A stretch of DNA of 64,000 nucleotides from Mobula hypostoma (Eukaryota). The DNA is taken from contig NC_086108.1 of the NCBI RefSeq assembly GCF_963921235.1, positions 51,524,001 to 51,588,000 on the forward strand, in the 5' to 3' direction. The notes beneath the pieces were generated by a model that had not been told where the DNA came from, ran no database searches, and saw only the letters and a program-made list of their open reading frames with translations. Position numbers and translations under genes: made by a program. Shown here in pieces: positions 49,759 to 64,000 of the stretch; position 1 is the stretch's first letter, and each line of letters opens with the position of its first letter.

Positions 49759-52700
49759 CAAGGACTGCAGTCACGTGGGAACTCTACCACATACAGGTTT
49801 CCCTCCGAGTCACATGGGAACTCTACCACACACAGGTTTCCCTCCGAGTCACATGGGAACTCTACCACATACAGGTTTCCCTCCGTGTCACATGGGAACT
49901 CTACCACACACAGATTTCCCTCCGAGTCACATGGGAACTCTACCACACACAGGTTTCCCTCCGAGTCACGTGGGAACTCTACCACACACAGGTTTCCCTC
50001 CGAGTCACATGGGAACTCTACCACACACAGGTTTCTCTCCAAGGACTGCAGTCACGTGGGAACTCTACCACACACAGGTTTTCCTCCGAGTCACATGGGA
50101 ACTCTACCACACACAGGTTTTCCTCCGAGTCACATGGGAACTCTACCACGCACAGGTTTCCCTCCGAGTCACATGGGAACTCTACCACACACAGGTTTCC
50201 CTCCGAGTCACATGGGAACTCTACCACACACAGGTTTCCCTCCGAGTCACGTGGGAACTCTACCACGCACAGGTTTTCCTCCGAGTCGCATGGGAACTCT
50301 ACCACACACAGGTTTCCCTCCAAGGACTGCAGGCAAATGGGAACTCTACCACACACAGGTTTCCCTCCAAGGACTGCAGGCACATGGGAACTCTACCACA
50401 CACAGGTTTCCCTCCGAGTCACATGGGAACTCTACCACACACAGGTTTCCCTCCGAGTCACATGGGAACTCTACCACACACAGGTTTCCCTCCGAGTCAC
50501 ATGGGAACTCTACCACACACAGGTTTCCCTCCGAGTCACATGGGAACTCTACCACACACAGGTTTCCCTCCGAGTCACATGGGAACTCTACCACACACAG
50601 GCTTCCCTCCGAGTCACATGGGAACTCTACCACACACAGGTTTCCCTCCGAGTCACATGGGAACTCTACCACACACAGGTTTTCCTCCGACTCACATGGG
50701 AACTCTACCACACACAGGTTTCCCTCCGAGTCACATGGGAACTCTACCACACACAGGTTTCCCTCCGAGTCACATGGGAACTCTACCACACACAGGTTTC
50801 CCTCCGAGTCACATGGGAAATCTACCACACACAGATTTCCCTCCGACTCACATGGGAACTCTACCACACACAGGTTTCCCTCCGAGTCACGTGGGAACTC
50901 TACCACACACAGGTTTCCCTCCGAGTCACATGGGAACTCTACCACACACAGGTTTCCCTCCGAGTCACGTGGGAACTCTACCACACACAGGTTTCCCTAC
51001 GAGTCACATGGGAAATCTACCACACACAGATTTCCCTCCGAGTCACGTGGAAACTCTACCACACACAGGTTTCCCTCCGAGTCACGTGGGAACTCTACCA
51101 CACACAGGTTTCCCTCCGAGTCACATGGGAACTCTACCACACAAAGGTTTCTCTCTCAGTCACATGGGAACTCTACCACACACAGGTTTCCCTCCGAGTC
51201 ACGTGGGAACTCTACCACACACAGGTTTCTCTCTCAGTCACATGGGAACTCTACCACACACAGGTTTCCCTCCGAGTCACGTGGGAACTCTACCACACAC
51301 AGATTTCCCTCCGAGTCACGTGGGAACTCTACCACACACAGGTTTCCCTCCGAGTCACATGGGAACTCTACCACACAAAGGTTTCTCTCTCAGTCACATG
51401 GGAACTCTACCACACACAGGTTTCCCTCCGAGAGTCACGTGGGAACTCTACCACACACAGGTTTCTCTCTCAGTCACATGGGAACTCTACCACACACAGG
51501 TTTCCCTCCGAGTCACGTGGGAAATCTACCTCATACAGGTTTCCCTTCCAGTCACATGGGAACTCTACCACACACTGGTTTCCCTCCAAGGACTGCAGGC
51601 ACATGGGAACTCTACCACACACAGGTTTCTCTCTCAGTCACATGGGAACTCTACCACACACAGGTTTCTCACTCAGTCACATGGGAACTCTACCACACAC
51701 AGGTTTCCCTCCGAGTCACGTGGGAACTCTACCACACACAGATTTCCCTCCGAGTCACATGGAAACTCTACCACACACAGGTTTCCCTCCGAGTCACGTG
51801 GGAACTCTACCACACACAGGTTTCCCTCCGAGTCACATGGGAACTCTACCACACACAGGTTTCCCTCCGAGTCACATGGGAACTCTACCACACACAGGTT
51901 TCCCTCCGAGTCACATGGGAACTCTACCACACACAGGTTTCCCTCCAAGGACTGCAGGCACATGGGAACTCTACCACACACAGGTTTCCCTCCGAGTCAC
52001 ATGGGAACTCTACCACACACAGGTTTCCCTCCGAGTCACGTGGGAACTCTACCACACACAGGTTTCCCTCCGAGTCACATGGGAACTCTACCACACACAG
52101 GTTTCCCTCCGAGTCACGTGGGAACTCTACCACACACAGGTTTCCCTCCGAGTCACATGGGAACTCTACCACACACAGGTTTCCCTCCGAGTCACATGGG
52201 AACTCTACCACACACAGGTTTCCCTCCAAGGACTGCAGGCACATGGGAACTCTACCACACACAGGTTTCCCTCCGAGTCACGTGGGAACTCTACCACACA
52301 CAGGTTTCCCTCCGAGTCACGTGGGAACTCTACCACACACAGGTTTCCCTCCGAGTCACATGGGAACTCTACCGCACACAGGTTTCCCTCCGAGTCACAT
52401 GGGAACTCTACCACACACAGGTTTCCCTCCGAGTCACGTGGGAACTCTACCACACACAGGTTTCCCTCCGAGTCACATGGGAACTCTACCACACACAGGT
52501 TTCCCTCCGAGTCACATGGGAACTCTACCACACACAGGTTTCCCTTCGAGTCACATGGGAACTCTACCACACACTGGTATCCCTCCAAGGACTGCAGGCA
52601 CATGGGAACTCTACCACACACAGGTTTCCCTCCGAGTCACGTGGGAACTCTACCACACACAGGTTTCCCTCCGAGTCACATGGGAACTCTACCACACACA

Positions 52701-55700
52701 GGTTTCCCTCCAAGGACTGCAGGCACATGGGAACTCTACCACACACAGGTTTCCCTCCGAGTCACATGTGAACTCTACCACACACAGGTTTCCCTCTGAG
52801 TCACATGGGAACTCTACCACACACAGGTTTCCCTCCGAGTCACGTGGGAACTCTACCACACACAGGTTTCCCTCCGAGTCACATGGGAACTCAACCACAC
52901 ACAGGTTTCCCTCCGAGTCACATGGGAACTCTACCACACACAGGTTTCCCTCCGAGTCACATGGGAACTCTACCACACACAGGTTTCCCTCCGAGTCACA
53001 TGGGAACTCTACCACACACAGGTTTCCCTCCGAGTCACATGGGAACTCTACCACACACAGGTTTCCCTCCAAGGACTGCAGGCACATGGGAACTCTACCA
53101 CACACAGGTTTCCCTCCGAGTCACGTGGGAACTCTACCACACACAGGTTTCCCTCCGAGTCACATGGGAACTCTACCACACACAGGTTTCCCTCCGAGTC
53201 ACATGGGAACTCTACCACACACAGGTTTCCCTCCGAGTCACGTGGGAACTCTACCACACACAGGTTTCCCTCCGAGTCACATGGGAACTCTACCACACAC
53301 AGGTTTCCCTCCGAGTCACGTGGGAACTCTACCACACACAGGTTTCCCTCCGAGTCACATGGGAACTCTACCACACACAGGTTTCCCTCCGAGTCACATG
53401 GGAACTCTACCACACACAGGTTTCCCTCCGAGTCACATGGGAACTCTACCACACACAGGTTTCCCTCCGAGTCACATGGGAACTCTACCACACACAGGTT
53501 TCCCTCCGAGTCACATGGGAACTCTACCACACACAGGTTTCCCTCCGAGTCACGTGGGAACTCTACCACACACAGGTTTCCCTCCAAGGACTGCAGGCAC
53601 ATGGGAACTCTACCACACACAGGTTTCCCTCCGAGTCACATGGGAACTCTACCACACACAGGTTTCCCTCCGAGTCACATGGGAACTCTACCACACACAG
53701 GTTTCCCTCCGAGTCACATGGGAACTCTACCGCACACAGGTTTCCCTCCGAGTCACATGGGAACTCTACCACACACAGGTTTCCCTCCAAGGACTGCAGG
53801 CACATGGGAACTCTACCACACACAGGTTTCCCTCCGAGTCACGTGGGAACTCTACCACACACAGGTTTCCCTCCGAGTCACATGGGAACTCTACCACACA
53901 CAGGTTTCCCTCCAAGGACTGCAGGCACATGGGAACTCTACCACACACAGGTTTCCCTCCGAGTCACATGGGAACTCTACCACACACAGGTTTCCCTCCG
54001 AGTCACATGGGAACTCTACCACACACAGGTTTCCCTCCGAGTCACGTGGGAACTCTACCACACAGAGGTTTCCCTCCAAAGACTGCAGGCACATGGGAAC
54101 TCTACCACACACAGGTTTCCCTCCGAGTCACATGGGAACTCTACCACACACAGGTTTCCCTCCGAGTCACGTGGGAACTCTACCACACACAGGTTTCCCT
54201 CCGAGTCACATGGGAACTCTACCACACACAGGTTTCCCTCCGAGTCACATGGGAACTCTACCACACACAGGTTTCCCTCCAAGGACTGCAGGCACATGGG
54301 AACTCTACCACACACAGGTTTCCCTCCGAGTCACGTGGGAACTCTACCACACACAGGTTTCCCTCCGAGTCACGTGGGAACTCTACCACACACAGGTTTC
54401 CCTCCGAGTCACGTGGGAACTCTACCACACACAGGTTTCCCTCCGAGTCACGTGGGAACTCTACCACACACAGGTTTCCCTCCGAGTCACATGGGAACTC
54501 TACCACACACAGGTTTCCCTCCAAGGACTGCAGGCACATGGGAACTCTACCACACACAGGTTTCCCTCCGAGTCACATGGGAACTCTACCACACACAGGT
54601 TTCCCTCCAAGGACTGCAGGCACATGGGAACTCTACCACACACAGGTTTCCCTCCGAGTCACATGGGAACTCTACCACACACAGGTTTCCCTCCAAGGAC
54701 TGCAGGCACATGGGAACTCTACCACACACAGGTTTCCCTCCGAGTCACATGGGAACTCTACCACACACAGGTTTCCCTCCGAGTCACATGGGAACTCTAC
54801 CACACACAGGTTTCCCTCCGAGTCACATGGGAACTCTACCACACACAGGTTTCCCTCCAAGGACTGCAGTCACATGGGAACTCTACCACACACAGGTTTC
54901 CCTCCAAGAACGACAGGCACATGGGAATTCTAACACACATAGGTTTCTCTCCCACTCACATGGGAACTCTACCACACACAGGTTTCCCTCCGAGTCACAT
55001 GGGAACTCTACCACACACAGGTTTCCCTCCGAGTCACATGGGAACTCTACCACACACAGGTTTCCCTCCGAGTCACATGGGAACTCTACCACACACAGGT
55101 TTCCCTCCGAGTCACGTGGGAACTCTACCACACACAGGTTTCCCTCCGAGTCACATGGGAACTCTACCACACACAGGTTTCCCTCCGAGTCACGTGGGAA
55201 CTCTACCACACACAGGTTTCCCTCCGAGTCACGTGGGAACTCTACCACACACAGGTTTCCCTCCGAGTCACATGGGAACTCTACCACACACAGGTTTCCC
55301 TCCGAGTCACATGGGAACTCTACCACACACAGGTTTCCCTCCGAGTCACATGTGAACTCTACCACAAACAGGTTTCCCACGAAGGACTGAGGCACATGGG
55401 AACTCTACCACACAGAGGTTTCCCTTCCATTCATTTGGGAACTCTACCACACACAGGTGTCCCTCCAAGCACGGCAGGCAGATGGGAACTCCACCACACA
55501 CAGGTTTCACTCCGAGTCACATGGGAACTCTACCACACACAGGTTTCCCTCCGAGTCACGTGGGAACTCTACCACACACAGGTTTCCCTCCGAGTCACAT
55601 GGGAACTCTACCACACACAGGTTTCCCTCCGAGTCACATGGGAACTCTACCACACACAGGTTTCCCTCCAAGGACTGCAGGCACATGGGAACTCTACCAC

Positions 55701-58700
55701 ACACAGGTTTCCCTCCGAGTCACGTGGGAACTCTACCACACACAGGTTTCCCTCCGAGTCACGTGGGAACTCTACCACACACAGGTTTCCCTCCGAGTCA
55801 CATGGGAACTCTACCACACACAGGTTTCCCTCCGAGTCACGTGGGAACTCTACCACACACAGGTTTCCCTCCGAGTCACGTGGGAACTCTACCACACACA
55901 GGTTTCCCTCCAAGGACTGCAGGCACATGGGAACTCTACCACACACAGGTTTCCCTCCAAGGACGACAGGCACATTGGAATTCTAACACACACAGGTTTC
56001 TCTCCCAGTCACATGGGAACTCTACCACACACAGGTTTCCCTCCGAGTCACGTGGGAACTCTACCACACACAGGTTTCCCTCCAAGGACTGCAGGCACAT
56101 GGGATCTCTACCACACACAGGTTCCCTCCGAGTCACATGGGAACTCTACCACACCCAGGTTTCCCTCCAAGAACGACAGGCACATTGGAATTCTAACACA
56201 CATAGGTTTCTCTCCCACTCACATGGGAACTCTACCACACACAGGTTTCCCTCCGAGTCACATGGGAACTCTACCACACACAGGTTTCCCTCCGAGTCAC
56301 GTGGGAACTCTACCACACACAGGTTTCCCTCCCAGTCACATGGGAACTCTACCACACACAGGTTTCCCTCCGAGTCACATGGGAACTCTACCACACACAG
56401 GTTTCCCTCCAAGGACTGCAGGCACATGGGAACTCTACCACACACAGGTTTCCCTCCGAGTCACATGGGAACTCTACCACACACAGGTTTCCCTCCGAGT
56501 CACATGGGAACTCTACCACACACAGGTTTCTCTCCGAGTCACATGGGAACTCTACCACACACAGGTTTCCCTCCGAGTCACATGGGAACTCTACCACACA
56601 CAGGTTTCCCTCCGAGTCACGTGGGAACTCTACCACACACAGGTTTCCCTCCGAGTCACATGGGAACTCTACCACACACAGGTTTCCCTCCGAGTCACGT
56701 GGGAACTCTACCAAACACAGGTTTCCCTCCGAGTCACGTGGGAACTCTACCAAACACAGGTTTCCCTCCGAGTCACATGGGAACTCTACCACACACAGGT
56801 TTCCCTCCGAGTCACATGTGATCTCTACCACAAACAGGTTTCCCACGAAGGACTGAGGCACATGGGAACTCTACCACACAGAAGTTTTCCTCCAAGTCAC
56901 ATGGGAACACTACCACACACAGGTTTCCCTCCGAGTCACGTGGGAACTCTACCACACACAGGTTTCCCTCCAAGAACTGCAGACACATGGGAACTCTACC
57001 ACACACAGGTATCCCTCCGAGTCACATGGGAACTCTACAACACACAGGTTTCCCTCCAGGAACTGCAGTCACATGGGAACTCTACCACACACAGGTTTCC
57101 CTCCGAGTCACATGGGAACTCTACCACACACAGGTTTCCGTCCGAGTCACATGGGAACTCTACGACACACAGGTTTCCCTGCAAGGACTGCAGGCACATG
57201 GGAACTCGACCACACACAGGTTTACCTACAAGGACTGCAGGCACATGGGAACTGAACCACACTCAGGTTTCCCTCCGAGTCACGTGGGAACTCTACAACA
57301 CACAGGTTTCCCTCCGAGTCACATGGGAACTCTACCACACACAGGTTTCCTTCCGAGTCACATGGGAACTCTACCACACACAGGTTTCCCTCCGAGTCAC
57401 GTGGGAACTCTACCACACACAGGTTTCCCTCCGAGTCACATGGGAACTCTACCACACACAGGTTTCCCTCCGAGTCACATGGGAACTCTACCACACACAG
57501 GTTTCCCTCCGAGTCACGTGGGAACTCTACCACACACAGGTTTCCCTCCAAGGACTGCAGGCACATGGGAACTCTACCACACACAGGTTTCCCTCCGAGT
57601 CACGTGGGAACTCTACCACACACAGGTTTCCCTCCGAGTCACGTTGGGAACTCTACCACACACATGTTTCCCTGCAAGGACTGCAGACACATGGGAACTC
57701 TACCATACACAGGTTTCCCTCCAAGGACTGCAGGCTCATGGGAACTCTACCACACACAGGTTTCCCTCCGAGTCACATGGGAACTCTACCACACACAGGT
57801 TTCCCTCCGAGTCACATGGGAACTCTACCACACACAGGTTTCCCTCCGAGTCACGTGGGAACTCTACCACACACAGGTTTCCCTCCGAGTCACATGGGAA
57901 CTCTACCACACACAGGTTTCCCTCCAAGGACTGCAGGCACATGGGAACTCTACCACACACAGGTTTCCCTCCGAGTCACATGGGAACTCTACCACACACA
58001 GGTTTCCCTCCGAGTCACATGGGAACTCTACCACACACAGGTTTCCCTCCGAGTCACATGGGAACTCTACCACACACAGGTTTCCCTCCAAGGACTGCAG
58101 GCACATGGGAACTCTACCACACACAGGTTTCCCTCCGAGTCACATGGGAACTCTACCACACACAGGTTTCCCTCCAAGGACTGCAGGCACATGGGAACTC
58201 TACCACACACAGGTTTCTCTCCCAGTCACATGGGAACTCTACCACACACAGGTTTCCCTCCGAGTCACGTGGGAACTCTACCACACACAGGTTTCCCTCC
58301 GAGTCACGTGGGAACTCTACCACACACAGGTTTCCCTCCGAGTCACATGGGAACTCTACCACACACAGGTTTCCCTCCAAGGACTGCAGGCACATGGGAA
58401 CTCTACCACACACAGGTTTCCCTCCGAGTCACGTGGGAACTCTACCACACACAGGTTTCCCTCCGAGTCACGTGGGAACTCTACCACACACAGGTTTCCC
58501 TCCGAGTCACATGGGAACTCTACCACACACAGGTTTCCCTCCGAGTCACATGGGAACTCTACCACACACAGGTTTCCCTCCAAGGACTGCAGGCACATGG
58601 GAACTCTACCACACACAGGTTTCCCTCCGAGTCACATGGGAACTCTACCACACACAGGTTTCCCTCCGAGTCACGTGGGAACTCTACCACACACAGGTTT

Positions 58701-61700
58701 CCCTCCGAGTCACATGGGAACTCTACCACACACAGGTTTCCCTCCGAGTCACATGGGAACTCTACCACACACAGGTTTCCCTCCGAGTCACATGGGAACT
58801 CTACCACACACAGGTTTCCCTCCAAGGACTGCAGGCACATGGGAACTCTACCACACACAGGTTTCCCTCCGAGTCACATGGGAACTCTACCACACACAGG
58901 TTTCCCTCCGAGTCACGTGGGAACTCTACCACACACAGGTTTCCCTCCGAGTCACGTGGGAACTCTACCACACACAGGTTTCCCTCCGAGTCACATGGAA
59001 ACTCGATCACACACAGGTTTCCCTCCGAGTCACATGGGAACTCTACCAGACACAGGTTTCCCTCCGAGTCACGTGGGAACTCTACCAAACACAGGTTTCC
59101 CTCCGAGTCACATGGGAACTCTACCACACACAGGTTTCCCTCCGAGTCACATGTGAACTCTACCACAAACAGGTTTCCCACGAAGGACTGAGGCACATGG
59201 GAACTCTACCACACAGAAGGTTTCCCTCCAAGTCACATGGGAACACTACCACACACAGGTTTCCCTCCGAGTCACGTGGGAACTCTACCACACACAGGTT
59301 TCCCTCCAAGAACTGCAGACACATGGGAACTCTACCACACACAGGTATCCCTCCGAGTCACATGGGAACTCTACAACACACAGGTTTCCCTCCAGGAACT
59401 GCAGACACATGGGAAATCTACCACACAGAGGTTTCCCTCCGAGTCACATGGGAACTCTACCACACACAGGTTTCCGTCCGAGTCACATGGGAACTCTACG
59501 ACACACAGGTTTCCCTGCAAGGACTGCAGGCACATGGGAACTCGACCACACACAGGTTTCCCTACAAGGACTGCAGGCACATGGGAACTGAACCACACTC
59601 AGGTTTCCCTCCGAGTCACGTGGGAACTCTACAACACACAGGTTTCCCTCCGAGTCACATGGGAACTCTACACACACAGGTTTCCTTCCGAGTCACATGG
59701 GAACTCTACCACACACAGGTTTCCCTCCGAGTCACATGGGAACTCTACCACACACAGGTATTCCTCCGAGTCACATGGGAACTCTACCACACACAGGTTT
59801 CCCTCCGAGTCACATGGGAACTCTACCACACACAGGTTTCCCTCCGAGTCACATGGGAACTCTACCACACACAGGTTTCCCTCCAAGGACTGCAGGCACA
59901 TGGGAACTCTACCACACACAGGTTTCCCTCCGAGTCACGTGGGAACTCTACCACACACAGGTTTCCCTCCGAGTCACGTGGGAACTCTACCACACACATG
60001 TTTCCCTGCAAGGACTGCAGACACATGGGAACTCTACCATACACAGGTTTCCCTCCAAGGACTGCAGGCTCATTTGAAATCTACCACACACAGGTTTCCC
60101 TCCGAATCACATGGTAACTCTACCACACACAGGTTTCCGTCCGAGTCACATAGGAACTCTACCACACACAGGTTTCCCTCCGAGTCACGTGGGAACTCTA
60201 CCACACACAGGTTTCCCTCCGAGTCACATGGGAACTCTACCACACACAGGTTTCCCTCCAAGGACTGCAGGCACATGGGAACTCTACCACACACAGGTTT
60301 CCCTCCGAGTCACATGGGAACTCTACCACACACAGGTTTCCCTCCGAGTCACATGGGAACTCTACCACACACAGGTTTCCCTCCGAGTCACATGGGAACT
60401 CTACCACACACAGGTTTCCCTCCAAGGACTGCAGGCACATGGGAACTCTACCACACACAGGTTTCCCTCCGAGTCACATGGGAACTCTACCACACACAGG
60501 TTTCCCTCCAAGGACTGCAGGCACATGGGAACTCTACCACACACAGGTTTCTCTCCCAGTCACATGGGAACTCTACCACACACAGGTTTCCCTCCGAGTC
60601 ACGTGGGAACTCTACCACACACAGGTTTCCCTCCGAGTCACGTGGGAACTCTACCACACACAGGTTTCCCTCCGAGTCACATGGGAACTCTACCACACAC
60701 AGGTTTCCCTCCGAAGCACATGGGAAATCTACCACACACAGGTTTCCCTCCGAGTCACATGGGAACTCTACCACACACAGGTTTCCCTCCGAGTCACGTG
60801 GGAACTCTACCACACACAGGTTTCCCTCCGAGTCACATGGGAACTCTACCACACACAGGTTTCCCTCCGAGTCACATGGGAACTCTACCACACACAGGTT
60901 TCCCTCCAAGGACTGCAGGCACATGGGAACTCTACCACACACAGGTTTCCCTCCGAGTCACGTGGGAACTCTACCACACACAGGTTTCCCTCCGAGTCAC
61001 ATGGGAACTCTACCACACACAGGTTTCCCTCCGAGTCACGTGGGAACTCTACCACACACAGGTTTCCCTCCGAGTCACGTGGGAACTCTACCACACACAG
61101 GTTTCCCTCCGAGTCACATGGGAACTCTACCACACACAGGTTTCCCTCCAAGGACTGCAGGCACATGGGAACTCTACCACACACAGGTTTCCCTCCGAGT
61201 CACATGGGAACTCTACCACACACAGGTTTCCCTCCGAGTCACATGGGAACTCTACCACACACAGGTTTCCCTCCGAGTCACATGGGAACTCTACCACAGA
61301 CAGGTTTCCCTCCAAGAACTGCAGGCACATGGGAATTCTATCACACATAGGTTTCTCTCCCACTTACATGGGAACTCTACCACACACAGGTTTCCCTCCG
61401 AGTCACATGGGAACTCTACCACACACAGGTTTCCCTCCGAGTCACATGGGAACTCTACCACACACAGGTTTCCCTCCAAGGACGATGAGTCACATGGGAA
61501 CTCTACCACACACAGGTTTCCCTCCAAGAACGACAGGCACATGGGAACTCTACCACACACAGGTTTCTCTCCACTCACATGGGAACTCTACCACACACAG
61601 GTTTCCCTCCGAGTCACATGGGAACTCTACCACACACAGGTTTCCCTCCGAGTCACATGGGAACTCTACCACACACAGGTTTCCCTCCGAGTCACGTGGG

Positions 61701-64000
61701 AACTCTACCAAACACAGGTTTCCCTCCGAGTCACATGGGAACTCTACCACACACAGGTTTCCCTCCGAGTCACATGGGAACTCTACCACACACAGGTTTC
61801 CCTCCGAGTGACGTGGGAACTCTACCAAACACAGGTTTCCCTCCGAGTCACGTGGGAACTCTACCACACACAGGTTTCCCTCCGAGTCACATGGGAACTC
61901 TACCACACACAGGTTTCCCTCCGAGTCACATGGAAACTCTACCACACACAGGTTTCCCTCCGAGTCACATGTGAACTCTACCACAAACAGGTTTCCCACG
62001 AAGGACTGAGGCACATGGGAACTCTACCACACAGAAGTTTTCCTCCAAGTCACATGGGAACTCTACCACACCCAGGTTTCCCTCCAAGAACGACAGGCAC
62101 ATGGGAATTCTAACACACATAGGTTTCTCTCCCACTCACATGGGAACTCTACGACACACAGGTATCCCTCCGGGAGACGTGGGAACTCTACCACACACAG
62201 GTTTCCCTCCGAGTCACATGGAACTCTACCACAAACAGGTTTCCCTCCGAGTCACGTGGCAACTCTACCACACACAGGTTTCCCTCCGAGTCACATGGGA
62301 ACTCTACCACACACAGGTTTCCCTCCAAGGACTGCAGGCACATGGGAACTCTACCACACACAGGTTTCTCTCCTAGTCAGATGGGAACTCTACCACACAG
62401 AGGTTTCCCTCCGAGTCACGTGGGATCTCTACCACACACAGGTTTCCCTCTGAGTCACATGGGAATTCTACTACACACAGTTTTCCCTCCGAGTCACATG
62501 GGAACTCTACCACACACAGGTTTCCCTCCAAGGACTGCAGGCACATGGGAACTCTACCACACACAGGTTTCCCTCCGAGTCACATGGGAACTCTACCACA
62601 CACAGGTTTCCCTCCGAGTCACGTGGGAACTCTACCACACACAGGTTTCCCTCCGAGTCACGTGGGAACTCTACCACACACAGGTTTCCCTCCGAGTCAC
62701 GTGGGAACTCTACCACACACAGGTTTCCCTCCGAGTCACATGGGAACTCTACCACACACAGGTTTCCCTCCAAGGACTGCAGGCAAATGGGAACTCTACC
62801 ACACACAGGTTTCCCTCCAAGGACTACAGGCACATGGGAATTCTAACACACATAGGTTTCTCTCCCACTCACATGGGAACTCTACCACACACAGGTTTCC
62901 CTTCGAGTCACGTGGGAACTCTACCACACACAGGCTTCCCTCCAAGGACTGCAGGCACATGGGATCTCTACCACACACAGGTTCCCCTCCGAGTCACATG
63001 GGAACTCTACCACACCCAGGTTTCCCTCCAAGAACGACAGGCACATGGGAATTCTAACACACATAGGTTTCTCTCCCACTCACATGGGAACTCTACCACA
63101 CACAGGTTTCCCTCCGAGTCACATGGGAACTCTACCACACACAGGTTTCCCTTCGAGTCACGTTGGAACTCTACCACACACAGGTTTCCCTCCAAGGACT
63201 GCAGTCACATGGGAACTCTACCACACACAGGTTCCCCTCCGAGTCACATGGGAACTCTACCACACCCAGGTTTCCCTCCAAGAACGACAGGCACATGGGA
63301 ATTCTAACACACATAGGTTTCTCTCCCACTCACATGGGAACTCTACCACACACAGGTTTCCCTCCGAGTCACATGGGAACTCTACCACACACAGGTTTCC
63401 CTCCGAGTCACATGGGAACTCTACCACACACAGGTTTCCCTCCGAGTGACGTGGGAACTCTACCAAACACAGGTTTCCCTCCGAGTCACGTGGGAACTCT
63501 ACCACACACAGGTTTCCCTCCGAGTCACATGGGAACTCTACCACACACAGGTTTCCCTCCGAGTCACGTGGGAACTCTACCACACACAGGTTTCCCTCCG
63601 AGTCACGTGGGAACTCTACCACACACAGGTTTCCCTCCGAGTCACATGGGAACTCTACCACACACAGGTTTCCCTCCGAGTCACATGGGAACTCTACCAC
63701 ACACAGGTTTCCCTCCAAGGACTGCAGGCACATGGGAACTCTACCACACACAGGTTTCCCTCCGAGTCACATGGGAACTCTACCACACACAGGTTTCCCT
63801 CCGAGTCACATGGGAACTCTACCACACACAGGTTTCCCTCCGAGTCACGTGGGAACTCTACCACACACAGGTTTCCCTCCGAGTCACGTGGGAACTCTAC
63901 CACACACAGGTTTCCCTCCGAGTCACGTGGGAACTCTACCACACACAGGTTTCCCTCCAAGGACTGCAGGCACATGGCAACTCTACCACACCCAGGTTTC
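49759..64000. repeat. Large tandem array (>14.2 kb, roughly 350 units, runs off the window) of 39-bp units interspersed with 47-bp variants
   Basis: 39-mer GTCAC(A/G)TGGGAACTCTACCACACACAGGTTTCCCTCCGA; the 47-mer ends …CCCTCCAAGGACTGCA and the next unit then usually begins GGCAC. High homogeneity, no unique spacers. Confidence 0.98.

Noticed and set aside
49679..63975. Giant ORFs (up to 1682 aa) as genuine protein-coding genes
   Set aside because: They overlap in all three frames and on both strands, and follow automatically from a stop-free 39-bp unit. Frequent 8-bp and 1-bp indels show no frame preservation.
49759..64000. CRISPR array
   Set aside because: Units are contiguous with no unique spacers, there are no cas genes, and the context is a vertebrate genome.

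Overview
Vertebrate nuclear DNA, most likely from a shark or ray. This is inferred from the repeat families present: CR1 LINEs, an HE1-like V-SINE, Rex/Babar LINEs, Penelope-like elements, and a fish-type L1 and Tc1. Bases 1-49.7 kb are a nested mosaic of transposons with short unique islands. It includes one young CR1 with an uninterrupted ~1000-aa endonuclease-RT ORF, a degenerate sushi-type Gypsy element, three solo LTRs, a hAT MITE and a Tc1 remnant. Bases 49.76-64.0 kb are a >14-kb tandem array of 39/47-bp units whose very long ORFs follow from a stop-free 13-codon unit. The most notable non-coding signals are RNA structures. (i) A ~700-bp non-coding element with a 14-bp TSD begins almost exactly at a complete HDV-like ribozyme fold (18281-18466). 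(ii) Six minimal hammerhead motifs lie in Penelope-like repeats, two of them in a 185-bp palindromic mini-element. No host gene could be named; a few candidate exons are reported at low confidence. All calls were made by eye, with no searches run.
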